Positions 39,750-53,600 are shown, numbered from the stretch's first letter. The stretch: 64,000 nt of DNA from Cycas panzhihuaensis (GCA_023213395.1 CM041465.1:140127741-140191740); one strand, 5' to 3'. The notes: a model not told the origin generated them from the sequence alone. Numbers and translations are program-made.

Positions 39750-40400
39750 AGACCTCTTATCACTTAATAATAAAGTTAACCCCATTTGATGCAATTTATA
39801 GTCAACCTCTACCATCTTTTCTATTATATCTTCTAGGTAGCTCTAAGGTACATGTCATTAATATAAGTCTTAGCAACCAAGGAAACCTATACTACACCCA
39901 TAAGGACAACTTGGCCTGAGCTCAAACTAGGATGGAATAATGAGCTAATCAACACCATTCAAAGCACTAATTAACTAAAAGAGATATGGTCTTTTTGCAT
40001 GTCTAACCTTTAAAAAAAGCATCCTTAATGCACAAAGGTCGATAAAAACTTATTTTAAAATTATATAGGCCATATCGTATGACACAAAAGATCGACCATT
40101 TTGCTTATAAGTTGGACCAAAATTTGCACTCTAAGATACATTTAATTTTCCATCTGTCTTATCTGAAGAAGGTTTTAAGAGAATAAGTGAATGTGTAATT
40201 AGCACTCCCTAAGTTGGATGATAAAGGATTCATTATCCTCATATCAAAATAATCTTGTAATGTCAAACATACCAACTTTGAAACTATGTCATCACAAAAG
40301 TTTTGGTCTAATAATAAGGTAAGTAATCAAAAGATACAACATGAAAACCTCTTCACCAACTCTAATAATAGTTTTCACAATTCAAAACTTAAGGAAAATT
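39750..40400 (+). pseudogene. Element A integrase C-terminus and degenerate chromodomain
   Basis: Continues the reading across TSD GCTAC (TSYH...LTPFDAIYSQP); PYRMTQKIDHFAYKL; PKLDDKG...VITKVLV...DTT* chromodomain remnant. Confidence 0.8.
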
Positions 40401-41345
40401 CTCTTCAAAGGGGGAATATATGTTAGGATCCTTGCATCCTAGCCATCTATTATATAAATCCATGTAATAATAATAATATATAAACTATTGTAAAGGTCAT
40501 AATACAACTCATGTGCTTATTTTTATGTGTAATAAATTATCTCACAGGCACCACTCAATAACATGATGGGATAAACCTCTCCTTTATATTTATACTTTTT
40601 ATAGTCTTAAGGATATCTTTAAATCTCTTTTAATTAAACTTTACTCTTAAGGAGATTACACCCTTAAGGTAGCCTGTGACTATAATTGATTCTTTATAAA
40701 TATTAGCATTCTAGTAATTTTAGTAATCTTTTGATTTAAGTTATATTTTTCTTTATATTATTATTTTTAATATTTATAATTATAAGTAGTATTATTTCAT
40801 GCTCCAACATGGCCTCATAAGATGACCGATCTTAGGGAAGGCTAATGGACAAACTATAGTATCATGAAAGAATGCCAAACCTTCAATCCAAACTATTATT
40901 TCTTATGGTATATCTTGGGATAACTAAATACATTCTATTTATCCTATTATGGACCAACATGGGAGATTAATAAATAAATCTTTTAATATTATAGAAGAAT
41001 CTAAAACTTATTATAAAAATGGAAATTAGAATCCTGTAATAGTGACTCGTAATAAGGTCTTGGAGTTAAATAACCAATTAACTTAGTGTTAATAAAACTT
41101 TCCAAGTCTTTGGTAAGCATGCAATATAAGATATTTGATGATTGATGGAAAGTAATATGACCACAAATACATCAAGTTTTTAATTTATAGTTGAGTAAAT
41201 CAACCATATGTTTTGATGGGTATGTATTTTTATTTTTCATATTGTTATTAATTTTAGATGAACTAATGTATCAATATAATTTATCGATTATTATTCTAGT
41301 TCTTTATTACATACACACATACTTTTTTTGTATGTTTGAATATGT

Positions 41346-41374
41346 GAGAGAGAGAGAGAGGGAGAGAGAGAGAG
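41346..41374. repeat. (GA)n microsatellite
   Basis: Direct reading. Confidence 0.9.
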
Positions 41375-42007
41375 GTATCTAAGTATAGGTAAAAATCAAA
41401 ACTTGTAAGAAACATAAGGTAGCTAACATGCTTAAGTAAATCAACTAAGCACTAAAATAAAGATAGATAGGAAAGAAATTTAGGTTTAAAAAATAAGAAA
41501 GGTAATTGAAATCAACTAGAAAATTAATTAGTGCTCCCTTTTGAAAGTAACAAGTATTGGATGGTAATTGTGGCTATGGACAAGTTTGATAACAAGCAAA
41601 GAATTAGGTAAATAAATAAACTAATGAATATTTAAATTAGTTAGAGAGAAAAAAAAAGAAATTCAAATTCCAAAAATAAGCTCATTCTACTCTCAAAGGG
41701 CATAGACTAAGAAAGAATATCTTAGAATAATAAATCTAATTAAAATGGTATTTTGTATGCCACTATTTAAATACTAATATGCACCATTTAGTATATGTTG
41801 ACTCCTTTGGGGTGGTGGGTTTGCCACTACCCTTCCCTTTCAAGAGAAGAGCTTTTCTTATAAAGCTCAAAGAGGTGATCAACTCACTCTCAAGACTACC
41901 AAGCCATATCCTCTAATAGTAATTCCTTCTATTTAATGAGGTATCCTATCATTATTTTAAATCAAAGTCTCTTATGTCATATCTCAAGGATGACCTATGA
42001 TTTTAAG

Positions 42008-42435
42008 TGTAGAAATTTAAAGCATGGAGTAAACTAAATGAGAAGAGTAAACCAATGCTACTTAGAAAAAATCAATTTGATTAAATTACAAATAATATAT
42101 TATTTTCATAAAATCCTCTTTGTTTACAATGCATAATAAGTACTTATGTATAATCTTAAAAGGAATATTAATTCCCTTATGATCAACACATTTGAGGTAG
42201 GTGGTGTAACCCCCAATGACTTAATAAACTCATATTCTAAAAAAATAATAATCATTAAAATATACTAACAAAGGGGGTGTCTTATAATCTAAAATTATGA
42301 GCAACATAAATATTAATTATTAACACCCCCGCTTAATATTTATTTCATTTACTCTAACATCTAAATTGTCCCTAAATATCTAAACTCTATCACGTGCTAG
42401 TGATTTTATGAATATGTCAACTAGTTGTTCTTATA
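42008..42435 (-). mobile_element. Copia G1: 3' LTR (~42008-42325), PPT and RNase H end, truncated by G2
   Basis: Minus EQLVDIFIKSLARDRV*IFRDNL; PPT AAGCGGGGG then TGTTAA; similar to 42440-42850. Confidence 0.7.
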
Positions 42436-42439
42436 GAAC

Positions 42440-43726
42440 TATTAAATTAAAATAACAAGAATGAGAAACCTAAAATGAAATGATTAACTAATAAATAACA
42501 TGAAAATTAACTTTATACCAGTGACAAATCTCATAAAGAATCATCTCTCATTGAATTTTTTACAATGAACTATATGCATGTAAATACATGACTAAAATGG
42601 AATTTCAATCATATATAATGGACATATGTGATGTGAGAGTTGTAACCCCCAATGACTTATCACTCACATATAATAAAATAATATAAGATCTAATATAATA
42701 TAAAACATTTAAAGGGAGGCTTATAATTAAAGTTATAATCCACAAATAAATATTAATGTTAATACTTCCTCTTAATGTTTATTTCATTCCTTCTAACACC
42801 TAAACTATCTTTAAAAGTTTAGAATCTATCATGTGCCAGTGGTTGGATTATACACCATCTTAATCATATCCTTTTAAATAAAGTCTCAAATAAAGTGATT
42901 GTGTAATTTAATGTATTTAGTCTAGATATAGAACATAATATATTTTGCAATCTTTAAAGTATTATGATTATCACTGTATAATATAGTTAGTTCTAATTAT
43001 GGTAGTCCCATATCATCTAAAATCTATCATAACAAAATGGCTCTAGTAGATGTTACAACTATAACCTTATACTTTGATTTACTCAAGGATAAAGTAATAT
43101 TTGATTACTTTTTACTACTCCACATGATAGTAATTGATCTTAAAGTAAAACTATATTTAGAAATTGACCTTCTATTATTTGCACATTTGACCTAATCAAA
43201 ATATATAAATCTTATCAACTCAAAATTATCATTATTATAAAATTTGAATCCATATTGAATTATCCCTTTCAAGTATTTGAGGGTTCTTTTTACAAATTTC
43301 TAGTAACTCTATTTTAACACTGCTATAAATTTGGATACTATTCCAAATGCAAAAGCTATATTAAGTCTAGTAGTAATCAAGTATATTAGACTTTCTACTA
43401 GTTGCCTATATAATGTTGAATCAATATCTAATCCAATATTTTTTGTTATTATAAACCTATATCCATCAGGGTAGGTATAGGTTTATAATAATCTATTTTA
43501 AATTTCTTTAGAATTTTCCACATGCACTTCTCTTGTGAGATGAAGATATATCCAGGCTTTTTCCATACTTCCACAATAAGCAAGTAGTTCAAACTTTTTA
43601 GATATATTATCTTAAAGAAATGATTGAGATATACTTTCAAGTTTGATATTATATTGATATCATTACCTATCATCAATAGATCATCAACATAGAACACTAT
43701 AAATATCATTTACTTATATTTTGCTT

Positions 43727-43770
<44 letters not shown>

Positions 43771-45141
43771 TTATTTTTATTTTTTTTCTTTTTTTTTGAG
43801 TTAGTTGAAGATATCTCTAATCTATTATTTCAAAAGTACTAATTAATCTTTTTATACTAGGCTCTAAGAGTTTGTTTTAGGCCATATAAAGTAGTTTTAA
43901 ATTGGCATACCAAGTGCTCATAACTTTTTTCAACAAAGTCAGGTGGCTTCCTCATTTAAATCCCCATTTTAAAATGCCCTCTTCATATCTATCTGGTGTA
44001 ATTGCCAATTGAATTATATAGCTACCACCATAATGAGATAAATGTTATTAATCTTTATAATAAAAGCAAATGTTTCTTGGTAGTTGATCCCTTTTTATTA
44101 CTTGAAGCCTTTCATTACAAGTTGAGCTTTGTGTTTGTTTACAAATCTATCTAATTTAAACTTTTTCCTATAGATCTATTTGCATCAAATTGTATGCTTG
44201 CTAGTAAGTAATTTGGCCAATTCCCATATGTGGCTCTCCCTAATAGCTTAGATTTTAGTCTGCATAAGGTTAATCCGCTTTTGCTCTTTTATTACTTTTT
44301 TAATTTTTAATGGTTTATTTGCATCTAATATGCATGCCATAAAAGTTATATTCACTTGTTTAGAAGATCATGTTTTTGATTTTTGCTTTCCCTCAGAATC
44401 AGTTAATAGTTTCTCAACATCCTCCATAGCTTTCATATACAATTTTGAAAGCCTCTTCTTTGAATATGAAGGCGATGAATTAGATAGTTTCTCTAGCTTT
44501 GGCTCTAACTTTGGCTTTAGTTCTTTCTTCAGTGTCTAATTAGATTCAACTTCTAGAAATTAAAAGAATTCCAATTATACTTCTTTACCTATACCAAATG
44601 GCTCATGTTCAACTTAAATAACATCATGTAAAGAACTACATTTAGGAAACTCCTCTAGTTGATCCTCAACTTTAACTAAACCAACATATTAAGTCTCATC
44701 TTCTTGAAAAATAACATTGCAAGTTATATAAACTTTTCAAGTAAATAAATCATGTACTCTATATTTTTTACTTTTCTTAGAGTATCCGATAAGGAAATAT
44801 ACATGTATGCATTACATCTAAAGATTTTCAAATGACTTATAATTGGTTTCCTTCTTGATTAAGCTTTCTTAGCAGTTATATTCTGAACAACACTTATAGT
44901 TTTGAAGTTTGTTAGATATAATATTGTGTTCAAAGCTTCTACCTATAAGAAATGTATAACATCCTTGCCTTTCATCATTACTTTGACTTTTTCAACTAAA
45001 GTTTTATTCATTTGCTTAATAACACTATTTTACTAAGGCATATAGGTAATAGTAAATGGGTTTGAATTCTATGATCCTTGTAGAACTAGGTGAATTTATT
45101 TAAAGTGTACATTCTACCATTATCAATTTACAAGACCTTGA
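42440..45141 (-). mobile_element. Copia G2: integrase-RT-RNaseH and 3' LTR (~42440-42764), 5'-truncated at LTR H
   Basis: Minus IDNGRMY integrase (~45110); HKAQLVMKGFK RT N-terminus; FYVDDLLMIG (43449-43709); RNase H 42850-43200. Confidence 0.8.
43729..43797. repeat. (AT)n plus poly-T microsatellite inside the RT of G2
   Basis: About 17 AT units followed by a T-rich tract. Confidence 0.9.
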
Positions 45142-45910
45142 TATTGGAATATATTATCATACTGACTAATATTAATGTGTGGTAAATTATATATAGATAA
45201 TATTATGATGAGTCAATGGATGTAACCCTAATTATTTGGGACACTTGAGATCTATAAATATAGATCTAATATTCATTGTATTGATATATACTAGATTTAC
45301 AAAAATATAAAATAATATCATTTTGGTGGGTTTTCACCCAAGAGGGATTCCCATGTTAATTCTAGTATCTCGTGTGCTTACATCATGCTTGAATTTGCTT
45401 TGTGTGAAAGATTCTATCGACTTGTTTGCTTATAAGTATTTTCTAACATGGTATCAGAGCTCTATAGGAGGTGCAAGAGTAGAGAATTGTTATCTAGATT
45501 ATCCAATCATTGGTGCTAGGTCATACTAGATTATCTTGTGAGGATTGACACGTCTGATGACCCTACAAAACTACTATAGAGGGGCATATAATTGTGTGAG
45601 GATCTTGGTGCCCTTTGTTTATGTTTTGGAGGAATTCTAAGCCCTATAGAGTTGTGCAGATGAATTGAAGATGGTCCATAACCTTGGTTACTTTGTTGCC
45701 AATTGTTGGAGCCTGTTGAGCCTATTGAAGGTGCTAGATCTATTTATTTAAGGCGCCACTAAGTTTGTAAAGCCTCATAAGTGATTTTCAAGTCTATTGA
45801 TCAGTTTTAGAGGTGTTTAAGGCTACCCATGTAAGAAGAGATTCCATGCAAATTACAGATGTTTATCAGCCCTTTATTGATGTAAAATGAGTAGTGGGAG
45901 AGTGAAGAGC
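45142..45910 (+). mobile_element. Element H: 5' LTR (45142-45448), iMet PBS and leader of a truncated LTR element
   Basis: TATTGG...TCTAACA followed directly by perfect TGGTATCAGAGC (45449-45460); TATA-like TATAAATA inside the LTR. Confidence 0.75.
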
Positions 45911-46430
45911 CCAAGTGAAGCTATTGCAATATCTATAAGTGAAAAATATGGTAATATTAATAAGGTATTCTCATAAAAATATATTCTTTAGAATATTTTA
46001 CCCCACTAGTTCATATTTTTCGATCACATAAATATTATTTGCATCACTATAGATGATATATAGTTGCCCATTTAATATTTATTATGTGAGGTTATTATAT
46101 ACTACATTGATATATGACATTGGAGTCGCATATATATTTTAGCCTATATGATATTTATTATTGTTTACTTATTTAAAATTTTAATTATTGCATATATATA
46201 TTTTACTTATTAGTTAAAATGAGTTTGTCATCGATATTTTATTAGCTACATGATAAAATTTTATTATTGAATAATATATGATGTCGCTCATTTCCATTTC
46301 ATTTTAGTTGTCATATGTATAAAATCATTATGTAATTATGTAATGATGAAATTTCAATACTCATAATTAGTATTTTTGACTCACCCAACCACCGAAAATG
46401 ATATAGTATTGTATTCATTAACAATATATT

Positions 46431-49400
46431 TGTTAAGAATTGGAAATGCAATATACAATAAGATATCTAATGGTGAGTTAAAGATTTAATAATAAAGTAC
46501 AAAAAGATAAAGCATATACAAAGTGAACATCATATGTGGAGAATTGGCCAAAACTCAATTAGAGAGAATGAAAAAATACATACTTATAATACATGCTCAC
46601 CATTAGTGAGAGAACTCCATTGGTCGACTTAGAGGTGGTACACATCTCTAGGTGGCGCACAACATCTAATATAAAATATAAATAAATAGAGAGAGCTTAT
46701 ATAGGGTTAATATATGTAATTGGGTATTACACCCAACATTTTACCTTGTAATAGTTAATTAGATAAATGATTATCACATCAAAATAAAGCTCAAGTCTTT
46801 AAAAGTGTACTAGATCAAATACTATTACACATGAATAAAGAGCTATTGATGTCAATATGAAGCGAAGTCCATCTACTGGAATATATGGGTCGCTAGCCAT
46901 TATAACTACCAATTGAGTAGGAACTCCCTTTGTGTATGTGGATCAATCAGATATGGCAAGAGTAGCTATAAAATTGTCCCACCCCTTATTCATATGGGAG
47001 TGCAAACAGAAAAGTATACAAGTAGCAAGAGTAACTTATAAAAGTGTGTTCTACCTCTTGCTAAATAGGACTATCACTTCTTCAACATCTAATGACCAAA
47101 TATACAATAGGCTCTATGGCCTTAAATCACCACATGGGCTAAAAGAATGCCTCTTTGGGCTTTACAACATGCCACCATGGGTAAAATAACTAGCAATAAA
47201 TGTTTTTACATGGCAAAAAAGTGATAGATGTGACTTAAGTTATTATATGAATGACTCTCTCTCATAATAAAACTCAAAATAAATCTCAATGGGTTCTGAA
47301 GAGCAAAAAAATAACACCTTAGAACATGTTATCTCCCCATTTGGAGTATATTACATCAAAAAATAGTATAGAACCTTAAGAATTACATGAAAGGGCTTGA
47401 ACAAGCTGAAAAAATGATAAAAGATGAAGATTTAATAAAAATTTTAAACTTTAAACTTAAAAATCTACATTAAAATAACTCCAAAAGTCATCAAGTAACC
47501 TACTAAGAGAAAGATCTCTCTGTTATGAATCCAACACAATAGACAAGAGGAGAAACATAGCCTCCTAGCTTAAGATATCATCAAAAATGTGAAGTGTGCT
47601 CCATAAGAACTAAAAACAGGGAGTTAGCCCCTTTCACTGGATGGTTGTTGGTCATATAGATGCTGCATATGACTAGGGGCTAAGGCATAAAGGGGCTAAG
47701 CATACCCAAAATAATTATTCAATGTAGCTTAATCTAGATTTCCAAATGTGAAAAAAAAAAAATTAAACCCTTTGCAATAAAATTCATATTTATTGTAAAA
47801 AAAAATTGACAGATTTAAAAATCTATTTATATCTTCCATACACCAAAAAAATATTAGTAATAAAACATATCATGAATACCCTAAGATTTTAGGATTTCGA
47901 ATAAAAATTTCTTTGTAGGTGATAATCTCCATGGTTTTGTTGCAAGTTCACCATGGTAGGTTATAGGGGTGCCATTGACAATCAAACCTTTGCCATGGAT
48001 GGAGATGTATATTGGGATCGGAAATCACCCAAATTAGGGTGCAAGTAGCATAACTATACTATCATTGATATTTACAGATCCATCCACCATGATCTTCCTT
48101 GTCATTTAGGGTCGAAGGTTATCTTTAATAAATTTTTAATGTCTTTGTCTTCTCCTAGGTCGAATGACATAGACAGCGATAAAAGATCCCCTGTTTGAAT
48201 CCCTCCATCTTCTAAGATCAAAGTCTTTCATAACTCTCTATCCTAAATCTACATAAATAACAAAAATGCAGATTCCACCATTTAAATATAATATTATCTA
48301 GAGCATGTACAAAGAGCTTAACTACAAAGAAAAAAATCACTTAAGACTAGTGCTAAGGAATCCATTGTTCTTGGTTAAGTTGCATATTATGAATCATAGA
48401 AAAGACATTGACACCCTTCAATTTTCCTTCTCTACTAACAGATAGATGCTGAGTGATAAGACTACCTGAGCTATGATTTTAAGGACCCTCCTTTAGTCCA
48501 ATATAAGAATAAAGTTAGAGGACGATAGGTTCCCATGGGACACATCAAATATTATAAGGACAGTCTAGCCAACAAACTAGATTGCCTTCAACATAATATT
48601 CTAAGGTCATTACTTATAAACAGGAAGCATTAGAGTCATCTACAAAGTAGTATCACATACATGAGTAACTTATTTTCCCATGCCCCCCCTCATCATAAGA
48701 ATCATGTCCCACATCTTGATATGAAACTGTAAACTAATCATATCCCTCATCAATAATCAAAGTCAACTTATATAGATTGGCAACAAGCTGAGAAGAACCA
48801 ACTAAAGTAAACTATAAATTCTTCCTCTTATCAACAATGTCAACAATCCTCTGGTCAAGGCTAGGGCCCAACTCAAGTATAGGTTTACTATGAAGAATAG
48901 ATAGTCATAAGGTACATCTTCGATTTGCTGCTATGAAAAACTTCAAACAACAGCGTGCTCCTATGCCAATGATTAAGGAATTTCATGGAGCTAGCTAATA
49001 TCATAAACAAGACATGAACCAACACCAAGCACCACCAAACCTAGCAACCCTCCTTTTTTTTTTTTTTTTGAGTACATGAAAATAATACATAAATGCATCC
49101 TTGTAAAACTACTCAACTATTAAAAAAAAATCAAAGATGGAGTCATTTTGACTTCTAGATAGCCAAAAAAGACTCACTTAATTATTGCAAATAACTCCAT
49201 TGTAATCTACCCACTGGCATGCAAGGAGACTACTTTACACCAACTATATATTCACACAAAACTCTTCTTTGATGATGGCAAATAAGCTAATTCTGCAAGG
49301 TGATTAGGCATGCATGAATAACTAATCTGCAGTAGTTTCAAAGCGTCTTCAATAGCATCAAAATAAAACTTTTAATAGTTCTTAATAGCCTAAAAAAATA

Positions 49401-49608
49401 GTCCCTTAAAATGACAAAAATAGCCCCAAATATTCAACAGAACTCTCTCAAGAAATATGTACTAGGTTGGCTTTTCATAACCTGAAATGAACCTTCAATA
49501 GTAGATCATAATATAGGCACAATATATGTTCCTCTAAAAAATAACAAGAATGAAGGATAAGAGAGCTTACATAGGGTTAATATATGTAATTGGGTATTAC
49601 ACCTAACA
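46431..49608 (-). mobile_element. Element K: highly decayed, internally deleted Copia-like element; candidate TSD ATATT
   Basis: Starts TGTTAAG at 46431; 48-bp near-identical LTR termini at 46691-46738 and 49561-49608; ATATT at 46426-46430 and 49609-49613; only faint RT-like residues internally. Confidence 0.55.
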
Positions 49609-50657
49609 ATATTTAATTTCTATTACATTTACCCACATATAGTCACCAAGGCTTCATTTAAATTTAGGGCTATATAAAGGCACTCATCAAATTTTTTTGA
49701 TACATGGCCTTTTCATATATAAAGTTATCATTGATATCATTTATTTATAGTTTCTTTAATATATTTTAGTGCCCTTTTCTTGAGATATATATGGTATAGT
49801 ATTGATATCAAGAGATGTCTTTTTTTGGTGAATTTAATTTAGCATTTTGATGTATATAAGTGTATATCTTTTTTTGGCAAAGTGGCATAAATATTCTATA
49901 ATGATTTATTTTGATATGATGGTGAAATGAGGCAACTTTGAGATATGGTGATGCTTGTGGGTGTCTTTAGACACTCTATTGGTGACTTGTGGCAACATGT
50001 GGTGATGATATGCCTCTAGCTTCCATTTGCATGAGAAGGTATATTGGGCAAGGTGATTGTTTGGTGACAATAAACTCTTGTTTGCATGAGAGAGTAAGTT
50101 GGGTGAGAATGGTTGAGATGAGGTGACAGGTTACCTCTTTGAATGTGGTTTATATAAGAGAGGGTTAATGGACAAAGTAGGGCAAGAAGGGTGAGAGAAG
50201 GATGAGTATGTTTGAGATACCTTAGCTACAAACGAAAGTAAATTTGTATTATTATAGTATAAATCATTGCACATATGCTATATAGTTGTGATTTATTTGA
50301 AAATAAAATGGTATGTTTTATTCATAGTGTATATTTGAGTTATGTTGTATTACATGTATATGAGATGACAAGAGGTTTAGAATTTGTTGTTTGTATAAGT
50401 GGTTATCAATGATAGTGGACCATTATACTTTGCTAGTTGGACTGATGTTAGCATAAGGTTTTATGGCCTATTTGATGTTGGTTCAATGTGTGTGCAAATC
50501 TAAACAAGTATGATGTGGAACTGAGATAGAGTGTTTAATAAAAATTTGAAGTGTGAATGGAAAGGTTTATGACAAGATACCTTAAAAATTAGTTATGTTT
50601 TTGTCATGGTATAGAATAATTGTCTTGTAAACTTGGTAAGGTTATATTGCAAGTGTG

Positions 50658-53600
50658 TGTTAGGATACCACTCCTTAATGATAATTGCATACTAATATAA
50701 TAAGCAAATAACTCCAAAAGAGCACTTGTATTGTAATACCCTTTGAGGGGGCAACCTCCCAATTACATACAATAACAATGATATTTAAGATACCATACTC
50801 TAAGGATTACATAAATATATATATGGGTCTATGCTTACTAGTTAACCTCCTCTTTATGTATGTGGGATATTATATGAATATATATAGTACTCAATGACCA
50901 CTACACAACCTTCTACTTATACATGTGGGATATTAAGAAAAGGGAAGAAGTAGAAGAAATAAAGATATAAGAGAGAGAAGAAGTAGAAGATATAAGAGAA
51001 GGTAAGTTAGGGGTTGGAACGTTAATAAAGTCCCCCCCTTAAAAAAGCTTTGCCCTCAAAGCTTGGACAAATTGTTCATTCTCCCAGGTTGCATCTTCTC
51101 ACGGAAGTTGTTTCCATTTGATGAGATACTCAATGATTTATCTGGATCGTAGATGTCAAATTCTTCAGTCGATGATACATTCTGGAATGAGTTGAAGTTG
51201 TCCGTCCTCATTTAAGATAAGTAATTCTATTTGAACTTGTACTTATTGCCCAATTACCTTCTTGAGACATGAAACATGAAAGACATTATGGATCCTTGAT
51301 AGTGGTGGTAAGTCCAAGGCATATGGAACTTTACCAGTCTTCTTGAGAATTTTGTAAGGCCCTTAAAATCGAGGTTGTAACTTATGTTGTCCATTCCATT
51401 TGAGAGATGCCTGCTTATATGATTGCAACCGTAAGTATACCAAATTACATGGTTGAAACGCTCATTCACTTCACCCTTTATCTACCTATTGTTTCATCTG
51501 ATTTTGTGTAAAGTTCAAATTTTCCTTGAGTAGCTTAAGAATCTATGTTGCTTGTTAGATGTGGTCTTCAACTGCTTGAACCTTAGAACTGATTATGGCA
51601 TAATTTTTAAGTGTGGGTGGTTCATAGACATATAATGCTTGGAACAGAGTCATTCCTGCTGATGCATGATAGGTTGTATTATACCACCATTCTACTAAAG
51701 GAAGTCAATGATGCCATTACCCCTACTTATCTGAAGCATAACACCGAAGGTATCCTTCAAGGCACTTATTGACCACCTTAGTTTATCCATATATTTGTGG
51801 ATGGTAGGCTGAGCTCATTATCAATTTAGTACCAAGTAGATGGAAGAGTTATGTCTAGAAGTTGTTGGTAAACTTGGGATCCTGATCACTGACTATGTAT
51901 TTGGGCATGCCATGCAACCTGTATATATCCTTTAAAAAGACCTCAGCAATTTTCTTTGCCTTATATGTGGCCTGAATGCCACAAAAATGAGCATATTTAG
52001 TTAGCCTATCAACAACCACCACTATAACATCTTTTCCTTCTCACTTGGGCAGACCCATGATGAAGTCCATAAAAATTTCTTCCCATTGTTGATTTGGTAT
52101 GGGAAGGGGTTGCAGTAATCCTAGAGACTTGACTATTTTTATCTTATGTCATTAACAAATTTCACATGAGGAAACATATCTCTTTACATATCCCTTTTGT
52201 CCCTTCCAAAAGAAAGATTATTTTAAGTAGTGGTATGTTCATAGGAACCCTAAGTGACCTGCTGTTGGAGAGGCATGTGCATCATGTAAAATTTGCTCCT
52301 TAAGGCTAGAGTGAGGGCATATATATATTCGATTCTTATACCAGAGAATATTTGAAGACCATGTATAATGGGTTGAATGCCCTACTCGACGAAGGTCTTG
52401 AATGATCTACTTTGTAAAGGAGTCCTCATCCCATTCTTGCTTGGCAACTGCTATCCAAGAGGGATTGACTGTCATGATAGAATATAGTGTAGAGCCTTCT
52501 TCCTTACAAGATAAAGCATCAGCAACTATATTATCCTTGCCTTTTTTATATATGATTTCAAAGTAAAAAGCTTATATTTTGCTAACCCATTTTTGTTGTT
52601 CCTCAGATGCTGTCCTTTGAGATAGGAAATATTTTAAGCTATCATGGTCTATTTTAATTTAGAAATGTGTTCCCAATAAATATTATTGTCATTTCCTAAC
52701 TGCATGAAGAATTACTAACATCTCCTTCTCATAGGTGGATTTGACTTGTTCCTTGAGTGTAAGTTGATGACTTTCAAAGGCTAAAGGTTTTCCTTCTTGC
52801 ATTAAGATTGCTCCAATGCCTTGCCCTGATGCATCACATTCAATGGTGAAGGTCTTTATAAGGTCTGGTATTACAAAGACTGATGTGGTAGTTAAATCTA
52901 GCTTGAGGTGTTCAAATGCTTTAGAGGCCTTATCATTCCAATGGAAGGAATCCTTTTTTAACAAGTTGATTAAAGGGGAAGTAATCCTTGCATAGCCTTG
53001 AACAAACTTTCGATAATATCCTGTGATTCCTAAGAATCTGCAAAGGCCCTTGATGTTTTTAGGTTTAGGCTAATTTGTGATAACTGCTATTTTCATAGGA
53101 TTCACCTTGACTCCTTCTTGAGAGATAATATGACCCAAATATTCTATTTCTGTTTGCCCAAATTGATATTTTAATTTTTTTACATAAAGTTAGTTGTCTA
53201 CAAGTACCTAGAATGCCTTATCAACATGCTGAAGATGGTCTTCCCATGTATGACTGAAGATCAAAATGTCATCAAAAAAGACTAACATGAACTTTCTTAA
53301 GTAAGGCCAAAAGAGTTTATTCATGAGTCCTTGAAAGGTGGATGGGGCATTAGTCAAGCCAAATGACATGACTAAAAATTCATAGTGACCTTCATGTGTA
53401 CGAAATGCTGTTTTATGAACATCCTCTGCTTTGATCATGATTTGATGGTATCTTGACCGCAAGTCCAATGATGTGAAGAACATTGCTCCATAGAGTTCAT
53501 CCAAGAGTTCATCGATGACTGGTATAGGAAATTTATCCTTGATTATTATCTTATTGAGCTCACGGTAGTCTACACACATGTGAAATGAGCCATCCTTTTT

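Larger units (their letters stand above)
12388..40809 (+). mobile_element. Element A: Gypsy chromovirus (Reina/IFG-like), outermost host of the nest; 5' LTR missing
   Basis: Leader 12490-12620 homologous to the leader of element F; gag-pol 13490-17017 resumes at 39750 after element B; PPT AAAGGGGGAA 40407-40416; 3' LTR TGTTAGG...CCAACA 40421-40809. Confidence 0.85.
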
